Part shown: positions 38,978 through 46,791 of the stretch, in pieces
Layout: every line of letters starts with the position of its first letter
How positions within the stretch are numbered: the first letter of the stretch is position 1
DNA from: Patescibacteria group bacterium
GTDB lineage: Bacteria > Patescibacteriota > Patescibacteriia > UBA1558 > UBA10009
Direction of reading: 5' to 3'
Length of the DNA stretch: 64,000 nucleotides
Assembly: GCA_018818425.1 (NCBI GenBank)
Contig: JAHISB010000018.1
Location: 16,390 to 80,389 of the forward strand
The notes under the pieces: generated by a model
Database searches by the model: none
What the model saw: the letters and a program-made list of their open reading frames with translations, nothing else
What the model was told of the DNA's origin: nothing
Position numbers and translations under genes: made by a program

Positions 38978-40402
38978 ATGCTTTACTTATTAATCATTAT
39001 TTTTTACCTGTTATTTACCTGGGTATCGCATCGAGATATCCGCTGGGGCATTTATTTAACTCTGTTATTTTTGCCTTCTTATCTGATTCGTTTTCAGATT
39101 TTAGGAATGCCGGCGACCCTTTTAGAAGGCATGATCTGGCTGCTTTTTATTGTCTGGCTTTTAAAACTTCGCCAAGAAAAAGGCCTGACCCTAAATCCAG
39201 TAAAATGGGTAAAGAACATCCTTAATCCTCAATCCTTAATCCTCAAAGAACAAAATCCAATTCCTAGATTTTTCAGATTACCGATGATTTTATTCCTCGC
39301 CGCCGCCACTATTTCGGCCTTTGTCTCCCCCCAGCTTCAGGCCGCTTTAGGCATCTGGAAAGCTTACTTTGTTGAAGCGCTGATGTTCTTTATTATTTTT
39401 ATCTATAACATCAGAACATCAGCACAGGTAAAACAGGTTATCAGGATTTTAGGAGTTTTGACGATTGTTATAGGGCTATTTGCCATTTACCAAAAACTGA
39501 CCGGGGATTTAATTCCCCACCCCTACTGGGCAGCCGAAGCCACCAGAAGAGTAACCACTTTCTTTGGCTATCCCAATGCCAATGCGTTATTGATAGCGCC
39601 GGTTTTGATGTTGACTATTGGCAATTTGTTGACTGATAAAAAATTTAAACTGATTGTCATTAATTTACTGGTTCTAATTCTTGGAATCTTAACGATTCTC
39701 TGGGCCGGCTCAACCGGCGCTCTGCTCGGCATTGCCGCCGGCCTAATCTGCTTCCTGCTCTTCTGCAAAAAAACCAGAATTATAACCATAGCGGTTTTAG
39801 CCATAGTTCTGATTGTCAGCTTCACTCAACTGCCGGCCGCAGACTACCTAAAACAAACAGCCGGCTCGCTAGTTTACACCGATCTGCCCCTGGTGCCTTC
39901 CGACGTCCAGATCCGCTACCAGCAATGGAAAGAAACTTTAACCATGCTCAAAGACACGCCGATTTTTGGCGCAGGTCTTAACGGTTATCAAACTTTAATG
40001 ATTCCCTATCATCAATTTTGGCATATTGAAATTTTTCTTTATCCTCATAATTTCTTTTTAAATTTTTGGTCAGAAACTGGACTATTGGGATTAATCTCAA
40101 TTATATGGATTTTAGTATCCTTTTTTATTATAAGTTTTAAGTTTTCAGTTTTTAATCTTAAATCAATAAAAAACTTAAAACTGAAGACTGAAAACTATAA
40201 TCAGAGTTTCACTTACCAAATATTGACTATTACAACGTCTTGCGCTATGATTACTCTCCTTGTTCACGGCCTGGTTGATGTTCCTTATTTTAAAAACGAT
40301 CTGGCGATATTGTTTTGGATAATAATCGGAATAATAATAATTTTATACAACGAACGGAGGCGTGCGAGAGTGGTTGAATCGGACGGTCCCGAAAACCGTT
40401 AG
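38978..40402 (+). CDS. O-antigen ligase / Wzy_C family membrane protein
   Basis: R.T..FGYPN, R..QW...L.M..D.PIFG.G, YPHNFFLNFWSETGLLG, HGLVDVPYFKNDL. Confidence 0.9.
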   Translation: MLYLLIIIFYLLFTWVSHRDIRWGIYLTLLFLPSYLIRFQILGMPATLLEGMIWLLFIVWLLKLRQEKGLTLNPVKWVKNILNPQSLILKEQNPIPRFFRLPMILFLAAATISAFVSPQLQAALGIWKAYFVEALMFFIIFIYNIRTSAQVKQVIRILGVLTIVIGLFAIYQKLTGDLIPHPYWAAEATRRVTTFFGYPNANALLIAPVLMLTIGNLLTDKKFKLIVINLLVLILGILTILWAGSTGALLGIAAGLICFLLFCKKTRIITIAVLAIVLIVSFTQLPAADYLKQTAGSLVYTDLPLVPSDVQIRYQQWKETLTMLKDTPIFGAGLNGYQTLMIPYHQFWHIEIFLYPHNFFLNFWSETGLLGLISIIWILVSFFIISFKFSVFNLKSIKNLKLKTENYNQSFTYQILTITTSCAMITLLVHGLVDVPYFKNDLAILFWIIIGIIIILYNERRRARVVESDGPENR

Positions 40403-40445
40403 GCCAGCAATGGTCTCGAAGGTTCGAATCCTTCCGCCTCCGCCA
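40356..40445 (+). tRNA. tRNA-Ser(CGA)
   Basis: Acceptor GGAGGCG/CGCCTCC-G-CCA, anticodon arm ACGGT-CCCGAAA-ACCGT, long variable arm, GGTTCGAATCC T-arm. Confidence 0.92.
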
Positions 40446-40513
40446 GTACATTTTTTTATCAATAGACCCGATTGCCTATATTTTTCTTATATTTTTAAAG
40501 TTTTATGAAATAC

Positions 40514-40549
40514 AAAAAAGTTCGACCCAAGCGGGATTCGAACTTTTTT
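40514..40549. terminator. Bidirectional terminator between the tRNA and the Fic gene
   Basis: AAAAAAGTTCGA...TCGAACTTTTTT. Confidence 0.65.
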
Positions 40550-40568
40550 ATTATTCAATGCCGTAATT

Positions 40569-41627
40569 TTATACTTTCTGATATCTTGTCGCTCTGCCCT
40601 GGCCGATGCGTTCGATCTTTTTTAGTCGCAGCAAAACTTCCAATGCCTGCGAAACAGTCGGCCGCGGCACATTTGTCGCCCTGGTTATTTCTAAAGGCGC
40701 GGCTTCGCCCGTCTTTTCCAAATATTGCCAGACAGCAAGTTGTTTTGGTGACAACAATTTTTCAATATTTTCTTTGGACAAAAAATCAACGGCCATTTTA
40801 CCCTGCACCAAACAAATATTCAGAAAAAACTCCAGCCAATTCGCAATGTCAGGCTGTTTATTTTTTAAATTTTTCTGGCTTCGCCTCAAGGCAATATAAT
40901 AATCAGCCTTATTATCCTCAATTAATTTTTCATGCGATAAGTAAGGAGCATAGGCATAGCCGGTTTTTAACATTAATAAATTGGTTAGAATCCGGGACAG
41001 TCTGCCGTTGCCGTCCTGGAACGGATGAATGGCCAAAAATTCCACCAAAAAATTGCCGATGATTAACAACGGATGGATGGTTTTTAGGGCTAAAGCTTCT
41101 TTTGTCCAGTCAACCAGTTCCTGCATTTGTTTGGGCGTAAGATAAGCCGGGGTAGTGTCGAAAACAACGCCGATTGATTTTCCAGACGCGTCAAACATTT
41201 CCACCTTATTTTCGCCTTTCTTGTACTCGCCCAAATGCCCCTTGTCTTTATCAGAGTATTTAAGCAGTTCTTTATGAAAATGTTTGATGGCGCTTTCAGT
41301 AAAAGATATGTGCTGCCAGGAGTTAAAAGTATTCTCCAAAAGTTCGTAATATCCTTTAACTTCCTGCTTGTCCCTATTGCTGAATTTTTGGGTTTTAAAG
41401 CCACGGATAAACGCCTCAACCTCTTCATCCGTCATTTTAGCTCCTTCAATGCGCGTCGAAGCTCCCGCAGAAGTGATGAGGGTCCAGCGCTTTAAACGCC
41501 CCAAGGCTTGCGGGTTTAATTTAACCCCCCCAATCCACTGGCCTTTTAACAGATCGATTTGGTTGATTAAAGACCAGATTTTTTCAGAAATATTGCTGAT
41601 TCTTTTGTTATATTGGTTCATAATCAT
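40569..41627 (-). CDS. Fic family protein with C-terminal HTH
   Basis: ASTRIEG, HPFQDGNGRLSR, C-terminal wHTH. Confidence 0.93.
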   Translation of the reverse strand: MIMNQYNKRISNISEKIWSLINQIDLLKGQWIGGVKLNPQALGRLKRWTLITSAGASTRIEGAKMTDEEVEAFIRGFKTQKFSNRDKQEVKGYYELLENTFNSWQHISFTESAIKHFHKELLKYSDKDKGHLGEYKKGENKVEMFDASGKSIGVVFDTTPAYLTPKQMQELVDWTKEALALKTIHPLLIIGNFLVEFLAIHPFQDGNGRLSRILTNLLMLKTGYAYAPYLSHEKLIEDNKADYYIALRRSQKNLKNKQPDIANWLEFFLNICLVQGKMAVDFLSKENIEKLLSPKQLAVWQYLEKTGEAAPLEITRATNVPRPTVSQALEVLLRLKKIERIGQGRATRYQKV

Positions 41628-41876
41628 GTTGTTAATCTTATACTTTAACTATATGAGATTATATATGATTTATTAAAGTAAAGCAAATATTAATTTTTGA
41701 CCTCTTGTGGAGCTTGCTAATATTAGATAAAATGCAAGAGTGGCGAACCCGCGTAGTTCGGTTCCCACCCTCTCCACCATCGCCACGCTGAAGCTTTAGC
41801 GAAAGCGGGCCACCATCGCCGCTCGTGGTCTTCGACCATTCTCCTAATAAATTTATAAATTATTGAGAAGTCGAGT

Positions 41877-41927
41877 GCTTCGAGCGACCTTGAGCGAGCG
41901 TAGCGAGTCGAAAGGGAGTCGAGAAGC
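41877..41927. repeat. Nested palindromic elements
   Basis: gcttcgagcg[accttgagcgagcgtagcgagtcgaaaggg]agtcgagaagc. Confidence 0.7.
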
Positions 41928-41946
41928 CAACATCCGCTTTTCAGCT

Positions 41947-43446
41947 ATGAATTCAAACACCAATTTAAAAATCCTTCTGGTTTATCCTAAATTCCCGGAA
42001 ACTTTCTGGAGTTTTAAATATGCTTTAAAGTTTATTATTAAAAAAGCCACTAACCCGCCCTTAGGGCTTTTGACGGTTGCGGCCATGCTGCCAACAGCAT
42101 GGGAGCAAAAGCTGATTGATCTGAACATTACCACCATGGAAGATAATGACTTAAAGCAAGCTGATTATGTTTTTCTTTCAGCTATGTCCATTCAACAAAA
42201 TTCAGCCAAAGAAATTATTTCAAGATGCCGGCAATTAGGCGTCAAGGTCGTGGCTGGCGGACCGCTTTTTACCAATAATCAAGAGGAGTTTAACGAGGTT
42301 GATTATTTGGTGCTTAATGAAGCCGAGCTTACCTTGCCCCGGTTTCTGGAAGATTTAAAAAAAGGCTCGCCCCAGCATCTCTACCAAACAGATCAATGGG
42401 CCAATTTAGAAACTACTCCTCTGCCCCTCTGGCGCCTGGCAGATATTAAAAAGTATGCTTCGTTAAACATTCAATACTCGCGCGGCTGTCCTTTTAACTG
42501 TGAGTTCTGCGATATTACTTTGCTTTATGGACACCGGCCCAGAACTAAAACTAAAGAACAGGTAATGGCCGAGCTGGACAGTCTTTATGAGCAGGGCTGG
42601 CGCAGCAGCGTCTTTTTTGTTGATGATAATTTTATCGGCAATAAAGATAAATTAAAAAAAGAAATTCTGCCGGCCATTACCGCCTGGCAACAGCGGAAAA
42701 AATACCCCTTTACTTTTTTAACCCAGGCCTCCGTCAACCTGGCGGACGATGAGGAGTTAATCCGGCTGATGGTCGAAGCGGGCTTTAATACCGTTTTTGT
42801 CGGCATAGAAACCCCGCACGAAGAAAGCTTAGCTGAATGCGCCAAATACCAAAATAAGAACCGCGATTTAATCGCCAATGTTAAAAAAATTCAGCGGCTG
42901 GGCTTGCAGGTGCAGGCCGGCTTTATCCTGGGCTTTGACAGCGACCCCTTATCAATTTTTGAAAAACAAATTAAATTCATTCAAAACAGCGGGATTGTTA
43001 CCGCCATGGTCGGCCTTTTAAACGCCCTTAAAGGCACCAAGCTGTATCAACGTTTAGATGCTGATCGCCGGCTGTTAGCCGGCATCACGGGCAATAACAC
43101 CGATTTTTCCATAAACTTTATTCCTAAAATGAACCGCCAAACCTTGATGGAGGGCTACAAAAAAGTATTAAGCACAATTTATGCGCCAAAATATTATTAT
43201 AAAAGGGTTAGAACTTTTTTACGGGAATACCAGCCGAGGCAGAAGATAAAATTCAAAATTAACGGCCGCGAGTTATGGGCCCTTGGCAAATCAATTATCT
43301 ATTTAGGCATAATCGGCAAAGAAAGATTCCAATATTGGAAGCTTGTTTTTTGGACCATCTTTACCCGGCCCAAACTTTTCCCCCTGGCGGTAACCTTATC
43401 GATTTACGGCTTTCACTTTAGAAAAATTTTTGAAAAATATCTATGA
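41947..43446 (+). CDS. B12-binding domain radical SAM protein (DUF4070-type C-terminus)
   Basis: LVYP.FP.TFW, PPLGLLTVAA, SRGCPFNCEFC, FVDDNFIG, GFI.GFD.D; start moved to ATG at 41947. Confidence 0.92.
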   Translation: MNSNTNLKILLVYPKFPETFWSFKYALKFIIKKATNPPLGLLTVAAMLPTAWEQKLIDLNITTMEDNDLKQADYVFLSAMSIQQNSAKEIISRCRQLGVKVVAGGPLFTNNQEEFNEVDYLVLNEAELTLPRFLEDLKKGSPQHLYQTDQWANLETTPLPLWRLADIKKYASLNIQYSRGCPFNCEFCDITLLYGHRPRTKTKEQVMAELDSLYEQGWRSSVFFVDDNFIGNKDKLKKEILPAITAWQQRKKYPFTFLTQASVNLADDEELIRLMVEAGFNTVFVGIETPHEESLAECAKYQNKNRDLIANVKKIQRLGLQVQAGFILGFDSDPLSIFEKQIKFIQNSGIVTAMVGLLNALKGTKLYQRLDADRRLLAGITGNNTDFSINFIPKMNRQTLMEGYKKVLSTIYAPKYYYKRVRTFLREYQPRQKIKFKINGRELWALGKSIIYLGIIGKERFQYWKLVFWTIFTRPKLFPLAVTLSIYGFHFRKIFEKYL

Positions 43447-43529
43447 AAAATATGCCGATTTTATAATCAAAAACGACCTTGCTCAAGCCATACCGATTAT
43501 TAAAAAATTGATGGTCAATTGACTTTTAA

Positions 43530-43555
43530 TGTTACCTTCCCTCTCCTCCTTCGTT
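43530..43555 (+). promoter_or_regulatory. Putative ECF-sigma (autoregulatory) promoter
   Basis: TGTTAC-16 bp-CGTT about 30 bp upstream of the ECF sigma gene. Confidence 0.5.
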
Positions 43556-43585
43556 ATATATGATAGAAGATATCTTTAAAATTCC

Positions 43586-44146
43586 ATGGAAGTAAACGAA
43601 CAACAAATTATTATCAATTGTCAGCAGGGCAATTTAGAGGAATTTAGCCGTCTTTACGACAAATATATCAAAAAAATCTATAATTTTGTCTATTACAGAA
43701 CGCACCATAAAGAAACAGCTGAAGATTTAACCAGCCAAACTTTTACCAAGTGCTTGGAAAATCTTAACAAATTCAGCGATAAAAAGGGAACATTCTCTTC
43801 CTGGCTCTACCAGATTGCCCGTAATACAGTGATTGATTATTACAGGACCTTTAAAAAAGAAACTGATATTGACGATGTTTGGGATTTACAGACTGATGAT
43901 GATGCGCCAAGAGATGTTGATACCAAAATGAAGCTTGAAAAAATTGCCGAATATCTAAAACTTTTAGACAAAGAGCAAAGAGATTTAATTATCATGCGGA
44001 TCTGGGACGGTTTATCTTACAAAGAAATTGCCGCCATTGCCAAAAAGAGTGAAGCTTCGCTAAAGATGATGTTCTCCCGAACTATAAAAAGATTGAAAGA
44101 AAAAGATGCGCTGGCCCTGATACTCTTGTTGCTATTAATTGAATAA
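43586..44146 (+). CDS. ECF RNA polymerase sigma factor
   Basis: F..LYD.Y...IY, AEDLTSQTF, FSSWLYQIARN..IDY, LSYKEIA. Confidence 0.93.
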   Translation: MEVNEQQIIINCQQGNLEEFSRLYDKYIKKIYNFVYYRTHHKETAEDLTSQTFTKCLENLNKFSDKKGTFSSWLYQIARNTVIDYYRTFKKETDIDDVWDLQTDDDAPRDVDTKMKLEKIAEYLKLLDKEQRDLIIMRIWDGLSYKEIAAIAKKSEASLKMMFSRTIKRLKEKDALALILLLLLIE

Positions 44147-44155
44147 ATATTTACC

Positions 44156-44226
44156 AATTCGCAATTATTCGAGAATTAGCGACATATTCGCGGGGTAAAT
44201 TCGAGATTTATTAGCATTATATTCGT
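44156..44226. repeat. Degenerate ~11-12-mer ATTCG/ATTAG tandem tract
   Basis: aattcgc, tattcga, aattagc, tattcgc, aattcga, tattagc, tattcgt. Confidence 0.6.
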
Positions 44227-44238
44227 AATAAAAAATAT

Positions 44239-45768
44239 ATGAACAACGAAATTCAAAAAATTCTGGAAGATTTATATCAGATTGACAAAAGTTTCAGAAA
44301 ATACGAAAAGCAGCTTATTAAAATAATTAACGAACTTATGGTTTCACGGCCGGAAACAAAGTTCGATGAAAACTTTCGGCAAGAGCTTAAAACTAAACTT
44401 TTATATCGAGCCGAAGAATTAATGAAAAAGGGGAATAAATTAACCTTTAATCTTATGAACTTAAAAAATATCTATTACTTGGCAGGGGTTGTTGCTATCT
44501 TGCTCTTAATTATTGTTCCGACTATTTACTTAACCAAACAAGGCGCAGTTATCCCCTTAAGTTTTAATCTTAATATTTCTAAAACTTCCGACAACGCTTT
44601 CGGCTCTTTGTCAGCTGAACAAGGGGATAAATCAGCAAATTTAACAGCAGAAGACGGTATTGGAGCAGCCGCTCCGATTGTTGCCTCTGAAAATATTAGA
44701 GTTCAGGGTGGCGGCGGTGGCGGCTACGCCATGCCTGCGCCTGACTTTATCAGCTACAGCTATATCTACAGCGGCGGCGAAATAACTGTGCCGGCCGATA
44801 AAATGGAGGTTTTAAAGAGAATCAAAGAAGCCGGCCTGGGCCCGAATCTGGAAGCTTTTTTAGAAAAATTCAGCTTTGATTCAGTAGACTTGGGCAAGTT
44901 TGCCGGCTCCAAACTGCAAAACATCAGCTTTGCCGAAAACAAGGAATTCGGCTATATAATAAATATTAATATGGAAGAAGGTGCCTTGGTAATTTACGAA
45001 AACTACCTTAAATGGCCCAATCCTTTTAAAGACTGCGGGGATGAAAAATGCTACCAGCAGAATCAATTAAAAATTTCCGACATTCCAGATGATCAGACTA
45101 TAATAAATATTGCCAATAAATTTGTAAACGAATACGGCATCAATACCAACGGTTATGGTCAGCCGGTAGTCGACAGCCGCTGGCGCCAATCCTACGAAAG
45201 CTATCCCGACCAAGAAAACTTTTATGTGCCCGACACCCTTAGCGTAATCTATCCTCAAACTATTAATGGCCAGCCAGTTTACGATGAATCCGGCTATGAG
45301 CAGGGTTTAACTATAAATATTAATATCAGATACAATAAGGTCAGCAACGTTACCAACTTCTTTTCCCAAAACTACCAGAGCTCCGCTTACCAAACGGCTG
45401 ATGCCGATACCATAAAAGCCTCGGCCGAAAACGGCGGCTACCATAACTATCTCTACTATGATGCTTCCGGCCAAACCGATGAGCTGGAGCTGGGCAGCCC
45501 TGAACTGGCTTATATAAAAATCTGGAACTACCGCAGCGGCCAAACCGATGAGCTGATTGTGCCCGCCTATATTTTCCCCCTTCTTAACCCGCCGGCAGCG
45601 CCGGGCTTCTATAAAAAAAACGTGGTCGTGCCGCTGATTAAGGAACTGCTTGAAGCTGACGAATCCAGGCCGATTATTGAACCAATGCCTTTGCTTAAAG
45701 AAAGTTCCGCCACCGCGCCGAGCCAAGACCAGCCCGCCGAAACTGTGATTGATACAACTGACGAATAA
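44239..45768 (+). CDS. Putative anti-sigma-like single-TM protein with a large extracellular domain
   Basis: Directly follows the ECF sigma; cytoplasmic N-terminus (P...FD.NF...LK..L), one TM helix. Confidence 0.6.
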   Translation: MNNEIQKILEDLYQIDKSFRKYEKQLIKIINELMVSRPETKFDENFRQELKTKLLYRAEELMKKGNKLTFNLMNLKNIYYLAGVVAILLLIIVPTIYLTKQGAVIPLSFNLNISKTSDNAFGSLSAEQGDKSANLTAEDGIGAAAPIVASENIRVQGGGGGGYAMPAPDFISYSYIYSGGEITVPADKMEVLKRIKEAGLGPNLEAFLEKFSFDSVDLGKFAGSKLQNISFAENKEFGYIININMEEGALVIYENYLKWPNPFKDCGDEKCYQQNQLKISDIPDDQTIINIANKFVNEYGINTNGYGQPVVDSRWRQSYESYPDQENFYVPDTLSVIYPQTINGQPVYDESGYEQGLTININIRYNKVSNVTNFFSQNYQSSAYQTADADTIKASAENGGYHNYLYYDASGQTDELELGSPELAYIKIWNYRSGQTDELIVPAYIFPLLNPPAAPGFYKKNVVVPLIKELLEADESRPIIEPMPLLKESSATAPSQDQPAETVIDTTDE

Positions 45769-45784
45769 TACATCAGAATAATTA

Positions 45785-45813
45785 AAAACCCCCGACTTGC
45801 TCTGAGGGTTTTT
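45785..45813 (+). terminator. Intrinsic terminator
   Basis: AAAAACCCCC...GAGGGTTTTT. Confidence 0.65.
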
Positions 45814-45859
45814 GATATTTATAAGTGTCTGTCCGTTTTTTATTTGCTAAAAAAATCAA

Positions 45860-45888
45860 TTGTCAAAATATTTAAAAAATTGTATAAT
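45860..45888 (+). promoter_or_regulatory. Sigma70 promoter of the galU-SBP-pilin unit
   Basis: TTGTCA-17 bp-TATAAT. Confidence 0.6.
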
Positions 45889-45902
45889 AACATCATCTTA
45901 TT

Positions 45903-46787
45903 ATGATTAAAAAGGGTTCAAAACAAACAATCACCAAAGCCATTATTCCGGTGGCTGGCTATGGCACCAGGTTTTTGCCGGCCACTAAAGCCCAGCCCAA
46001 AGAAATGCTGCCCATAGTTGATAAGCCGGTGATTCAATATATTGTAGAAGCGGCAGTGGCCGCCGGCATTAAGGAAATTATTATTGTTACCAGCACCAAT
46101 AAAAGGGCGGTGGAAGACCATTTCGACAGATCGCCGGAGCTGGAAAAATGGCTAGCCAAATCGGGCAAAAAACAGCTGTTAGAAGAACTGCGCTATATTC
46201 CCCGCATGGCCAACTTTGTTTACATCCGCCAAAAAGGCCCGATCGGCAATGGCACGCCGGTTTTAAACGCCAAGCCCCTGATCGGCAACGAACCCTTTGC
46301 GGTTTTTTACGGCGATGAATTTTATACCGGCAAAACTTCCTGGATAAAGCAGATGATAAAAGTTTATGAAAAATATCAGGATCCGGTCATGGCTTTAGCC
46401 AAAGTAACTAAAGAAGAGACTAATCGTTATGGCATTGTTGACGGCATTGAAGTGGATAAGAATATCATTGAAATAAAAAGTATTGTTGAAAAGCCAGGCC
46501 CTAAAAAAGCCAAATCCAACTTAGCCAGCATTGGCGGCTATATCTTGACTCCTGATATTTTTCCAATTTTAGAAAATTTAAAGCCGGGCAAGGGCGGAGA
46601 AGTTTGGCTGGCAGATGCCGTAAAAAAATTAAGCCAAGAACGCCCGATTTATGGCTGTGAAATCAACGGCAAGCTTTATGATGCCGGCACTATTATGGGC
46701 TGGCTTAGAGCCAATGTGGAACTGGCCTTGGAACATAACAAAACCGGCGGCGAGTTTAAAAAATATCTGCGCCAACTAAAATATTAA
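45903..46787 (+). CDS. galU: UTP--glucose-1-phosphate uridylyltransferase
   Basis: KAIIPVAGYGTRFLPATKAQPKEMLPIVDKPVIQY, VEKP. Confidence 0.95.
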   Translation: MIKKGSKQTITKAIIPVAGYGTRFLPATKAQPKEMLPIVDKPVIQYIVEAAVAAGIKEIIIVTSTNKRAVEDHFDRSPELEKWLAKSGKKQLLEELRYIPRMANFVYIRQKGPIGNGTPVLNAKPLIGNEPFAVFYGDEFYTGKTSWIKQMIKVYEKYQDPVMALAKVTKEETNRYGIVDGIEVDKNIIEIKSIVEKPGPKKAKSNLASIGGYILTPDIFPILENLKPGKGGEVWLADAVKKLSQERPIYGCEINGKLYDAGTIMGWLRANVELALEHNKTGGEFKKYLRQLKY

Positions 46788-46791
46788 AACT

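Noticed and set aside
40523-40543. tRNA T-arm-like sequence on the minus strand (GTTCGAATCCCGCTTGGGTC)
   Set aside because: Explained as one arm of a bidirectional terminator; no remaining cloverleaf
41863-41946. N-terminal extension of the radical SAM protein as another in-frame insertion
   Set aside because: The family-typical sequence begins at the ATG at 41947; the upstream palindromes are more likely in the untranslated leader
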